A DNA stretch of 64,000 nucleotides from Acidobacteriota bacterium (GTDB lineage: Bacteria; Acidobacteriota; UBA6911; RPQK01; CBDAPI01), in contig CBDBGQ010000036.1 of assembly GCA_965205345.1 (NCBI GenBank), forward strand, positions 65,463-129,462. The letters run 5' to 3'. Within the stretch, counting starts at the first letter, position 1. Each line of letters opens with the position of its first letter. Positions 1-8,386 of the stretch are shown one piece after another. The notes beneath the pieces were generated by a model. It was not told the DNA's origin, searched no databases, and saw only the letters and a list, made by a program, of their open reading frames with translations. Both the position numbers and the translations under genes were made by a program.

Positions 1-6
1 CGGATA

Positions 7-37
7 GTTCCACGTTTCACGTTCCACGTTCCACGTT
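7..37. repeat. (ACGTTCC)n heptanucleotide tandem repeat, about 4 units, at the window edge
   Basis: gttccacgtttcacgttccacgttccacgtt read directly. Confidence 0.8.
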
Positions 38-441
38 GCTGCTTGCTGATCTGTCACGTCTCCCGGCAGCTTCCGCGCTGCTGCGCAGTCACTGTCGTTC
101 CTGCCTTCCATGAGAAGGCCAATGTATGTCAAGCAACTTGGTGCGTTTAATCGTTTCTTCGATAAGTAACTTCAGCAGCTGTCAGAATGGGGGACTGGAT
201 TCGCGGGCTTCCATTCGCACTCTTGGTGGTCCCTTTTCGCTTCGGGACCGGTGCATGCAGGGGTCCGGCTATCCAGGGGGCTGCTACCTCTGTCGCGACC
301 TCAAGGGTCAGGCAGGAACTCGCAGTCACCCCCGGGACGGGGCGATCTCTCTCACCCCAACTCGTCAAACTGTAGAAGTCTTGTGATCTCCTTTTTGGTT
401 TCGGTGTCGATGTCACTAGGGTAGCTCTTTGCTTAAGGCTC

Positions 442-759
442 TCAGGCTGCCTGGCGGTGGCTCTGGTAAAAGGGATCGTAAAGACTGTCGGCGCGCAACT
501 TGCGTGCATTGGCCACCCACACTTCATGGCCCAGGCTGGATAAAAGTCGAGAGATCCACCCCGAATGAGTCCCCACTTCCAGCGCGATACGGCTGTCCGC
601 CACTGGAGAGAAAAACTTCTGCAAGGCTGCGGCGCGAGTCGCTACTTTCTGTTCCCAAACCAGCTCCCCATCCTCCTGCGAAAGCGCTATCACATGGCAG
701 CTGCGATCCGAAATATCCATCCCGATTGTTACCATTCCATCTCTGTGATACTTTTTCAT
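442..759 (-). pseudogene. IS110-family transposase N-terminal fragment (truncated)
   Basis: 105-aa ORF 'MVTIGMDISDRSCHVIAL...LEVGTHSGWISRLL..HEVWVANARKLR' resembles the N-terminal DEDD domain of IS110 transposases. The C-terminal two thirds are absent. It abuts the IS1182-like element. Confidence 0.5.
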
Positions 760-780
760 CGCCAGACCTCCAGTTTCTAT

Positions 781-2243
781 GGCCCCTAGCAGCCCGTGGT
801 GGAAGTACGTTTTCTGAGCTCAGGTGGTACCCACGGGTGGAAGCAGCGAAGGGGTCGCTGAGTTGGGTTTTTCGGGCCAAGCAGCCGGAATCAGTCCGAA
901 CAGGCCCTTAAGACGCTTGAACAGCGACAAAATCAGTAGCATCAGGGCGCAAATCCGCCCCTGCAGACCCCGCGGCGTTCCCACACCCAGGCTCTGACGC
1001 ATCAGCATCCCCAGATTGAAGGCGCTCACCTGGATCAGCAGTCGCTTCAACACATTCTCATGTCCCCGTACATGCAGCCGTCTCATCCCTCCGCTCCCGT
1101 ACAGATGCGCACAGGGTCGCTCCAGCTGCTCTCCTCGTTGCCGCAGCAGCCGCTGCCCTCGCTCTCCCCGGATGCGCCGCCGATTCGCATACACCGCTTC
1201 CTGCCCCTGCCGGTCTCCTCGCCAGCGTCGCTTCCCTCGCCTCGGTTCGCTCACATAGCTGCGCAGTCCCACCGCATCCAGGTCCACCATCCGCTGCGTG
1301 CTGTGATACCCCTTGTCGGCCACCACCTCTTCGATGCCTCGTCCCTCCGGCAGCGCTTGTTCCACCTTCTCGGCCGCTTCCGTCAGGGTCTTCACCATGG
1401 TCTGCGTGTCCCCTTGATCGGCTCCCTGTACCGTCACCGAGACAATCGCTCCGGTCTCCAGATCCACTGCATGCTCCGCCTTGTGCGCCAGGTGCGTCCG
1501 CCCGTCCTTCATTCTGGTAATCCGCGCATCCGCATCATGCGGGTGCTTCCAAACCCGGTTCGATCCTTTGCCCGTGCGCTTGCGGTCCAGTTTGGCCAGA
1601 TCTTCCCGTCGCGGCGTCTCAATCCCGGAGGCTTTCGCCAGCTCCATCAAAAACTCTTCATACCCCTGCTCGCTGTCCCGGCGCACGATGCTGCGCAGCG
1701 CTGCATTCGCTTCCAGCGTAGTGGCATCGATGCCGATCGTCTTGCCCCGCAGCAGGCCGCTCGCCCCGATCCGCTTCAGTACCCAGTCAAAGACTGCTTC
1801 GTGGGTAGCCACATCGATCAGTCGTCGGGTTCGGGAGATCGTGGAGTGATCAGACGGCGACTCGCTCAGTTTCAATCCCAGAAACTCTCGCAGTGCCAGA
1901 GAATCAGCTGCTCTCCAGGCTATTCCTCGTTCCGATCCGATCCCTTCGAAATACCCCACCAGCAGCAGCCGAAAGTACACTCCCGGAGCCAGGCTCGGTC
2001 GCCCCATCTTGTCTGCATAGAACTTCGCACACAGTCCCTCCACGAAGTCGTCAAAGCCGTGTTCGTTGAAAAGGCCATTCAGTCTTTCGTAGAAGGGATG
2101 GCCGGCGGTGCGGGGCAGCTCACTGGTGGCGACCCACAGGTCTTCTTGCTGTCGACGTTTCTTTTTCCCCATTGCCATGGGGTCAGTCTAGTGTCGCTGT
2201 GTGACCCCTTATCCTCGACTTTCACCACGGGCTGCTAGAGGCC
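781..2243 (-). mobile_element. IS1182/IS5-like insertion sequence (about 1.46 kb) with 21-bp terminal inverted repeats
   Basis: Left IR ggcccctagcagcccgtggtg (781-801) is the reverse complement of right IR caccacgggctgctagaggcc (2224-2243) with 1 mismatch. The repeats enclose a single transposase ORF. Confidence 0.75.
820..2178 (-). CDS. DDE transposase, IS1182/IS5 (IS4 superfamily)-like, 452 aa
   Basis: Length and motifs (GIDATTLEANAA..., DKGYHS...) are typical of IS1182-type transposases. It lies between the terminal IRs. Confidence 0.7.
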   Translation of the reverse strand: MAMGKKKRRQQEDLWVATSELPRTAGHPFYERLNGLFNEHGFDDFVEGLCAKFYADKMGRPSLAPGVYFRLLLVGYFEGIGSERGIAWRAADSLALREFLGLKLSESPSDHSTISRTRRLIDVATHEAVFDWVLKRIGASGLLRGKTIGIDATTLEANAALRSIVRRDSEQGYEEFLMELAKASGIETPRREDLAKLDRKRTGKGSNRVWKHPHDADARITRMKDGRTHLAHKAEHAVDLETGAIVSVTVQGADQGDTQTMVKTLTEAAEKVEQALPEGRGIEEVVADKGYHSTQRMVDLDAVGLRSYVSEPRRGKRRWRGDRQGQEAVYANRRRIRGERGQRLLRQRGEQLERPCAHLYGSGGMRRLHVRGHENVLKRLLIQVSAFNLGMLMRQSLGVGTPRGLQGRICALMLLILSLFKRLKGLFGLIPAAWPEKPNSATPSLLPPVGTT

Positions 2244-2417
2244 ACATTTAACAAGAATTGCAGCACGACCCGTTCGTGACTGCGTAACCTGGCAGAGTCT
2301 AGCTTCTAGGCTTTGCCGGGGTCTGGCCTTCTCATCCCTATCTCTGACGTTTCCTTGGTTGTCTATGTTTCTCGTGGCTTCGGGGCCGGTGCCATGAGGT
2401 GACTTGTCAGGGCGCGC

Positions 2418-2441
2418 AACGTGGAACGTGGAACGTGGAAG
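2418..2441. repeat. (GGAACGT)n heptamer array, about 3.5 units
   Basis: gtggaacgtggaacgtggaa lies downstream of the ispB-like stop. Confidence 0.75.
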
Positions 2442-2465
2442 GGCACGAGCGCCAGCGAGTGCCCC

Positions 2466-3479
2466 TCACTCCACCCGATTAAGAACGTAGGCGGGAAGGC
2501 ACATCAGAGACTCGCGGGCCGCGGAGGCAGGAAAGCTGTTAAGCCAATCCATGGCCTCCGATGCGTAGGTTCGGACCACGTCGCGGGCTTTCTCAAGACT
2601 CTGGTAACGTTGGATCAGAGATAGGATCTCCTGCTTGTCCCCGTCGCTCAGTTTCCCTTGCAGGGCCAGACTGGCCAGCAGTTCCCTCTCGGCCCGATTC
2701 GCCTGGCCGAGTACCAGAATAATCGGCAAGGTGATTTTCCCCTCCTCGAGGTCCTTCAACACAGGTTTCCCCAGACCCTGCTCGTCAGCCGTGTAGTCCA
2801 GCATATCGTCCGTGAGTTGAAAGGCCATTCCGAGGGCCTTCCCAAAGGCTGCCAGACGCTCTTCAGTTGCAGCGGGAGCGCCGGCCAGTATGGCAGGGAG
2901 AGCCGCACAAGCAGAAAACAGCTGGGCAGTCTTGCGCGACGAGATCTCCGTTTGCTCCTGAACGGAAATCGCGACTTGGCCTTCAAGCGCCAGTTGCATC
3001 ATCTCGCCGGTGACCATGGTTCGGGTCAACTGAATAAGGACATCGAGCACCTTGAGATTCCGTAATTCCAGCGCAATCTGAAAGGCGGTCATGTACATCC
3101 AGTCGCCCATGAGCACTGTAATCTCGTTTCCCCACCTGGCATTGACAGAGGGACGGCCACGACGAAGGTCTGCTTTGTCAATAATGTCATCGTGTACGAG
3201 CGTGGCGACATGGATCAGTTCAACGACGGTGCCCAGCTTGATGACCTCGTAGCCCCCGGTCTCGCAGAGCTTGGAGACCAGCAGCAAAAGCGCTGGGCGC
3301 AGGCGTTTTCCGCCGCTCTCGTGAATGTACTGGTTGATCTCGTCGATGAGAGGAAACGCCGAATCCGTGTAACTCTTCAGCTCGACTTCGACTTGCGCAA
3401 GTTCCTCCGCAACCGGGCTCAGGAGCTCTTCCTTCGTCAGGGCTCCGCTCACAGAGAGATCACTTTCCATTCGCAACAT
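2466..3479 (-). CDS. ispB: All-trans polyprenyl diphosphate synthase (octa/heptaprenyl, IspB/HepT-like)
   Basis: FARM motif 'LIHVATLVHDDIIDKADLRRGRP' and second Asp-rich motif 'FQLTDDMLDY' are present. The start is taken at the internal Met (MLRMESD...); the upstream 76 R/K-rich codons of the ORF run through a heptamer repeat and are probably not translated. Confidence 0.8.
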   Translation of the reverse strand: MLRMESDLSVSGALTKEELLSPVAEELAQVEVELKSYTDSAFPLIDEINQYIHESGGKRLRPALLLLVSKLCETGGYEVIKLGTVVELIHVATLVHDDIIDKADLRRGRPSVNARWGNEITVLMGDWMYMTAFQIALELRNLKVLDVLIQLTRTMVTGEMMQLALEGQVAISVQEQTEISSRKTAQLFSACAALPAILAGAPAATEERLAAFGKALGMAFQLTDDMLDYTADEQGLGKPVLKDLEEGKITLPIILVLGQANRAERELLASLALQGKLSDGDKQEILSLIQRYQSLEKARDVVRTYASEAMDWLNSFPASAARESLMCLPAYVLNRVE

Positions 3480-3493
3480 TATAGCCCGATGCC

Positions 3494-3526
3494 GGAACGT
3501 GGAACGTGGAATGTGGAACGTGGAAC
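3494..3526. repeat. (GGAACGT)n heptamer array, about 4.5 units, overlapping the PBP1A stop codon
   Basis: ggaacgtggaacgtggaatgtggaacgtggaac read directly. Confidence 0.8.
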
Positions 3527-5868
3527 TATCCAGTGCGTGGCTTCTTTTCCTTCTCTCCTGCCTTGCCTTCCTTCTCCTCTTCCTCTTCCTCGGACGGAGG
3601 TGGCGGAGGGATCTCCTCGACTTGAATCGGGAGGGCGGCGACCTGCTGTGCTGCCTGCTTTTCCGCGAGTGCGATTTCAAGAGGCGTTGGCCGATAGATA
3701 TTCTCAAAGTCCCTGACGGGAACGTCCTCGAGCGCCTTTCCCATGAAGTCGATCCAGATGGGCAGGGCGAGATTGTTGCCGTAAACCTTCTCTCCCAGGG
3801 ATATCTTTTCGTCGTGACCGACCCAGACTGCCGCAGTGATGTCGGGTGTAAAGCCTACGAACCAGACATCCGTAGACTCATTGGTCGTGCCGGTCTTTCC
3901 TGCCACCGGTCTTCCCAGTACGTTGGCCCGGGCCGCGGTGCCACGCAGGACAACCTGGCGAAGCAGGTAGACCATCCTGGCGGCAATGTCCGGGGAGGTA
4001 GCCTGCTCAAAGCGCATTCGATGTTCTTCCAGAGTGACTCCCTCGTAGTCTTCGACCCGAACCAGGTAATGGGGCACGGCTCGAACGCCGCTGTTGGGAA
4101 AGGCGCTGAAGGCTGATGTCAGCTCCAGAAGCGTAGTCTCACCGGATCCCAGAGCAATCGACAGGACCGGCAGGAAGTCGTGGTCAATTCCGAAACGCTT
4201 CACCGCATCGATAATCTTTTGGACGCCCAGCGCCCGGGCCAATCGCACCGTCGGCACGTTGCGAGACTCTGCCAAAGCCTGATACATAGGGATGAGACCC
4301 TTGAAGTTTTCGTCGGAATTCTTGGGTTCATACAGGTTGCCCACTGCGTCCAGGTAACTGACGGGGGCATCCAGGATTCTTTCGTAGGGTGATCTTTCTT
4401 CCTCGAGAGCAACCAGATAAGTGAAGGGCTTGAAGATGGATCCGGGCTGACGCAGAGCCTGTGTAACTCGATTGAACTGGCTCAGCTCGAAGTCGAATCC
4501 GCCCACCATGGCCCGCATGGCGCCGGTCTTGTTATCCAGAACTACCATTCCACCCTGGATCTCGGGAATGCGATCCAGCACGACTTCCACATTCTGCGCT
4601 GCGACGTCAACTTTCTGAATCAGGAAATGAGCCAGATCTCCAGCTCGAAAGACTCTGGTCAGATCCTCTTCTCCGGTCCACTCAACTTCTGCCGGACCAA
4701 TGTCCGCGGAGTATTTTCCAAAGCGGATCCCGGCGCTATTTTCTTCGACTTCCATGATGAGGCCCCGAACCATCCGGCCCGGGTCGAAGACCTGACTCCA
4801 CTCAGGATCCGTGTATTCATCGAGATTCTTGCCCTCATCCACAAGATTTCGGGGTGCTCCTTCCCAGGGTCGATGGGTCTTGTCAAACTCCTTCAGCCCC
4901 TTTCGAAGCGCCTGTCGAGCAATCCTGTGCAGATTGGAATTCAGAGTCGTATAGATCTTGAGCCCACCCTTCCAGATGGTCTCCGTCGAATAGTTCTTCT
5001 CCAACGCCTGACGAACCCATTCGACAAAGTAGGGAGCCACTTCCCGTACATCACTTCCCCTGGACATCAGTGGCTCCTGAAGCGCCTGTTCCATCTTCTC
5101 CTGTGAGAGATAACCTTCATCGACCATGCGCCTGAGAGCGTAGGCTCGACGGGTCAGTGCCGCCTCCGGATTACGAATGGGAGAAAACCTTCCCGGGACC
5201 TGCAGGATTCCGGCCAGCAGAGCACATTCTGCAGTCGAGATCTCATTCAGGGGCTTGTTGAAATAGAAGCGGGCGGCAGCCGCCATCCCGTAAATACCGT
5301 GCCCCATGTAGATCTGATTGACGTAAAGCGTAAAGATCTGCTCCTTGGAGTAGTTCTGCTCGGTTTCGAGCGCGAAGAGCCAGTCCTTGATTTTGCGCTC
5401 CAGTCGCTTTTCCGAACCGGTAAAGCGCAGCTTGCAGAGCTGCATGGTCAGGGTCGAGGCTGCTTTCCAGCGAGTGTAATGGAGGCCTTGATTCCAGAGG
5501 TTGCGGACCATTTCGATCCCCAGCCTCGAGAAGTCGATGCCCGAATGTTCAAAAAAATCCGCGTCTTCAGCGGCCAGAATGGCCTGCTTGAGTTGTTGGG
5601 GAATCTGGCCATATGTCACCAGAATCCGCCGTTCCAGGGCAAACTCACCGATTACCTGACCGTCCGAGGAGTACACATAGGACACTACATTGGGACGAAC
5701 GTCCTGGAGTTCCTCGACCTGAGGTAGGTCAATGGTGTAGCCCAGGACGACTCCAGCCAGTCCCCCAAACAGGACGGTTACCAGTACCAGGAGGCCGTAG
5801 CTCATCCAGAAGAGGGGGCCGCGCACGGTGACAACGGTTCTGAACTTTCTCCAGACTTTCGAGAACAT
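3526..5868 (-). CDS. mrcA: Penicillin-binding protein 1A (bifunctional glycosyltransferase/transpeptidase), 780 aa, with an acidic/Pro-rich C-terminal tail
   Basis: N-terminal TM segment, GT51 motifs (EDADFFEHSGID, RQ..TLTMQL) and transpeptidase motifs (SIFKPF, KTGT) are present. Confidence 0.85.
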   Translation of the reverse strand: MFSKVWRKFRTVVTVRGPLFWMSYGLLVLVTVLFGGLAGVVLGYTIDLPQVEELQDVRPNVVSYVYSSDGQVIGEFALERRILVTYGQIPQQLKQAILAAEDADFFEHSGIDFSRLGIEMVRNLWNQGLHYTRWKAASTLTMQLCKLRFTGSEKRLERKIKDWLFALETEQNYSKEQIFTLYVNQIYMGHGIYGMAAAARFYFNKPLNEISTAECALLAGILQVPGRFSPIRNPEAALTRRAYALRRMVDEGYLSQEKMEQALQEPLMSRGSDVREVAPYFVEWVRQALEKNYSTETIWKGGLKIYTTLNSNLHRIARQALRKGLKEFDKTHRPWEGAPRNLVDEGKNLDEYTDPEWSQVFDPGRMVRGLIMEVEENSAGIRFGKYSADIGPAEVEWTGEEDLTRVFRAGDLAHFLIQKVDVAAQNVEVVLDRIPEIQGGMVVLDNKTGAMRAMVGGFDFELSQFNRVTQALRQPGSIFKPFTYLVALEEERSPYERILDAPVSYLDAVGNLYEPKNSDENFKGLIPMYQALAESRNVPTVRLARALGVQKIIDAVKRFGIDHDFLPVLSIALGSGETTLLELTSAFSAFPNSGVRAVPHYLVRVEDYEGVTLEEHRMRFEQATSPDIAARMVYLLRQVVLRGTAARANVLGRPVAGKTGTTNESTDVWFVGFTPDITAAVWVGHDEKISLGEKVYGNNLALPIWIDFMGKALEDVPVRDFENIYRPTPLEIALAEKQAAQQVAALPIQVEEIPPPPPSEEEEEEKEGKAGEKEKKPRTG

Positions 5869-5917
5869 CTTTCCCTTCGAACCTGCTCGGCAGTACTGGT
5901 TCCAATCTTAACCCATT

Positions 5918-6048
5918 GTTCCACGTTCCACGTTCCACGTTCCACGTCCCGGGGATCCTAAACGATTCCAGGTTCGAAGAAAGCGTGGAACGTGAAACGT
6001 GAAACGTGAAACGTGAAACGCGGAACGTGGAAGGTGGAACGTGGAACG
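5918..6048. repeat. Inverted pair of heptamer arrays, (ACGTTCC)4 then a 35-bp spacer then (GNAACGT)9, between greA and mrcA; a potential long hairpin
   Basis: gttccacgttccacgttccacgttccacg ... gtggaacgtgaaacgtgaaacgtgaaacgtgaaacgcggaacgtggaaggtggaacgtggaacg. Confidence 0.85.
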
Positions 6049-6055
6049 CAGAGCG

Positions 6056-6523
6056 TCAGCGAGTGTCGTGAATGGTGGTGAGCCCGACAATCTCGTAGGT
6101 GACCTTTCCCCGCGGCGTCACAATCTCGACTTCATCGCCTTCCTGCTTCCCCATCAGACTGCGACCGATCGGGGAGCCGGTAGAGATGAGTCCCGCCTTC
6201 ACGTCCGCCTCCTCGCTCGTCACCAGGCGATAGGTTGCCTCTTTTTCTGTCGCCAGGTTGAGAACGACGACTGTGGACCCGTAGGAAACGCGATCCTCCG
6301 GGAGTTTTCTGAGATCGACCATAGAGAGATCCGAGAGCCGCTTTCGAAGCTGGGCCAGCCGGATCTGAACGATTGACACGCGCTCCTTGGCCGTCTGATA
6401 CTCTGCATTCTCTCGCAGGTCTCCCATCTCGATAGCTTTCTTTAAGGCAGCAGGGAGCTCCTCGGTGAGTTCTCGCTCCAGGGCTCTGACCTCTTGTTCC
6501 AGTTTTCTCTTCGCCTCTTTCAA
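6056..6523 (-). CDS. greA: Transcription elongation factor GreA
   Basis: 155 aa with an N-terminal coiled-coil and 'GDLRENAEY' motif, followed by a C-terminal FKBP-like domain. Confidence 0.85.
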   Translation of the reverse strand: MKEAKRKLEQEVRALERELTEELPAALKKAIEMGDLRENAEYQTAKERVSIVQIRLAQLRKRLSDLSMVDLRKLPEDRVSYGSTVVVLNLATEKEATYRLVTSEEADVKAGLISTGSPIGRSLMGKQEGDEVEIVTPRGKVTYEIVGLTTIHDTR

Positions 6524-6535
6524 AGGACACCCACC

Positions 6536-6990
6536 TCACTCGCTATTCGCACCAAAGGGCCTGGAAACAGCCCCAGCACGAAGGTGCCCAGGACCATCAC
6601 CAGGATCACTAATCCGGCGACCGCCGGCACCCTGACGGCTTCTTGGTGGTGTAGAAAAGGCCCCCAGAATGAAGTACTTCCAGGCCGCCTCAGCCGACTT
6701 CGTGTCGACTCGATAGCCCACCAGAACATAACTGGTGATGGAAAGGACTTCGATTCCCAAAAAGGTCACAATCAGGTCTGAACTGGTCGCCATCAGACCC
6801 ATTCCCACCGTAACGAGCAGAATTAGGATCAGGAACCCTGCTGTAGAACCCCGTAAATGGCCCGACGAAGCACCACAACCCCGAGGGCTGTGACAACCGA
6901 GATGGTTGCGAACAGGTAGAAAACTAACAGCTCCACTCGGACCTCTTGAGATCGCTGTCCGGACGAAATGGGCATCTTATGTTCACTCTC
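6536..6990 (-). pseudogene. Degenerate remnants of NADH-quinone oxidoreductase membrane subunits (NuoJ-like N-terminus plus a NuoN/ND2-like internal segment), with frameshifts and stops
   Basis: 'ELLVFYLFATISVVTALGVVVLRRAIYGVL' resembles a NuoJ N-terminus. 'LIVTFLGIEVLSITSYVLVG...EAAWKYFILGAFS' resembles a NuoN core. The pieces lie in different frames and no complete ORF exists. Confidence 0.4.
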
Positions 6991-7005
6991 GGACGCTGTC
7001 AAGGC

Positions 7006-7290
7006 AGCCTTTCGGTTCCGAGTTCCGGGTTCCGAGTTCCGGGTTCCGGTTCCGGGGGGGCGTGTTGCCAAAGGGTGCGCTGGCCCGCGCATTGACTGTA
7101 GGGCACGGTTATTAAGCGTGCCGAACTGGACCCGGTGGCACAGTTCATCCATTTCCGGGCCATTGTTGTCATCTCCATTGGTTCGGCACGCCAGGTTGGC
7201 GTGCCCTACGAATCACACCCGGCGGTCGCGGCCCGAGGCCCTCCACTTCAAGAGCGCGGAACCTGGAACTCAGAACCCGGAACTCGGAAC
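7006..7290. repeat. Inverted arrays of variant heptamers, (TTCCGRG)n at 7006-7053 and (GGAACYC)n at 7258-7290, flanking a 200-bp hairpin-rich spacer
   Basis: The spacer contains a perfect 8-bp stem ggcacgcc/ggcgtgcc, and gtagggcacg...cgtgccctac as long-range inverted repeats. Confidence 0.7.
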
Positions 7291-7381
7291 TCGGAACTCC
7301 GGATGTTGAAGTCCGACCTGCTGCGGGATAAGATCTTTCTCAGGTAGTTCGAGGACTCTCACCAAGAGGGATGAAGACAGC

Positions 7382-8386
7382 ATGACAGGCACTGTTGAAG
7401 TCGTAGTGAATGGTCAACAGCACAGCCTCCCCGACCGGTGGACGATCGGAGACGTGATCAGCCACCTGATCGATCCGTCCGGTCCGGTTGCGGTTGAGCT
7501 GAATCGGGAGATACTTCGGCGCGATCTCTGGATGTCAAAAAGGGTCGAGCCGGGCGACCAGATTGAAGTGGTCCATTTCGTGGGCGGAGGAGAGGCGACG
7601 CAGACGACTGAAGCAGACGAACTCGTAGTTGGTGACTGCCGCCTGCGCTCCCGTCTGATCGTAGGCACCGGAAAGTACGAAAGTAACGAGCTCATGCGTC
7701 AGGCGCTGGCGGCCAGCGGCTCGGAGATGGTCACCGTGGCTGTTCGCCGGGTCGATTTGAGCGGCCGCGGGGAATCGCTCCTCAACTACATTGACAGGGA
7801 ACGCTTCCACATCCTCCCTAATACAGCTGGTTGCTACACTGCCGAGGAAGCGATTCGCTACGCTCGTCTGGGGCGGGAAGCAGGGCTTTCATCCATGGTG
7901 AAACTGGAGGTCATCGGGGACGAGCGGACCTTATTTCCCGACAACGAGGCACTGCTGAAGGCCACCCGCACGCTCGTGAGCGAAGGCTTCACTGTCCTGC
8001 CTTATACAAACGATGATCCTGTAGTGTGCAGGAAGCTGGAAGACCTGGGGGCCGCAGCCGTCATGCCATTGGGAGCCCCGATCGGTTCCGGTCTGGGAAT
8101 TCAGAATCCGAACAACATCAGCATCATCCGCGAAGTGGTGTCGGTGCCGTTGATCGTGGATGCCGGTGTGGGGACGGCCTCGGACGCCGCTCTGGCGATG
8201 GAGCTGGGCGCCGACGGCGTCCTGATGAACACCGGTATCGCAGGAGCCGGGGACCCGGTGAGCATGGCACGTTCCATGCGACTGGCCGTAGAAGCCGGTC
8301 GCCTGGCCTGCCTGGCCGGAAGAATACCCAGGCGCCGCTATGCTACCGCCAGCACTCCATCGGCGGGAATGTTGCCCAGTTCATGA
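7382..8386 (+). CDS. thiG: ThiS-ThiG fusion protein (sulfur-carrier ThiS domain ending ...VHFVGGG, fused in frame to thiazole synthase ThiG)
   Basis: The N-terminal 70 aa form a ThiS-like beta-grasp ending in GGG. A 10-aa linker follows, then ThiG motifs ([11 protein letters not shown], ...NTAGC). There is no stop between the domains. Confidence 0.75.
   Translation: MTGTVEVVVNGQQHSLPDRWTIGDVISHLIDPSGPVAVELNREILRRDLWMSKRVEPGDQIEVVHFVGGGEATQTTEADELVVGDCRLRSRLIVGTGKYESNELMRQALAASGSEMVTVAVRRVDLSGRGESLLNYIDRERFHILPNTAGCYTAEEAIRYARLGREAGLSSMVKLEVIGDERTLFPDNEALLKATRTLVSEGFTVLPYTNDDPVVCRKLEDLGAAAVMPLGAPIGSGLGIQNPNNISIIREVVSVPLIVDAGVGTASDAALAMELGADGVLMNTGIAGAGDPVSMARSMRLAVEAGRLACLAGRIPRRRYATASTPSAGMLPSS

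Noticed and set aside
1060-2238. A 392-aa ORF antisense to the IS1182-like transposase.
   Set aside because: It has an Arg/Pro/Ser-rich composition and no motifs, and is fully embedded in the transposase gene on the opposite strand.
2466-3707. The N-terminal 76 codons of the ispB ORF (highly basic, RKRKRRRKARQERRKR).
   Set aside because: The extension runs through a heptamer array and a non-coding region. An internal Met followed by a conserved IspB N-terminus gives a protein of normal length.
5729-6090. Many 60-100-aa ORFs with peptides like ERGTWNVERGT / TFHVPRSTFHV (e.g. 5729-5938, 5908-6090, 14846-15070, 14904-15194, 19827-20108, 47978-48385, 62367-62579).
   Set aside because: They are translations of the (GGAACGT)n heptamer arrays in various frames. 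They have no start or RBS context and overlap real genes.
7054-7381. A TPP riboswitch upstream of thiS-thiG.
   Set aside because: No thi-box consensus (CUGAGA ... ACCUGAUCUGGNUNAUACCAGCGNAGGGAA) is recognisable on the plus strand. The structure is more likely repeat- or MITE-related.
8026-8382. A 119-codon upstream extension of aroB.
   Set aside because: It overlaps thiG in another frame, has a Gly/Arg-rich junk composition, and the ATG at 8383 forms an ATGA overlap with the thiG stop.
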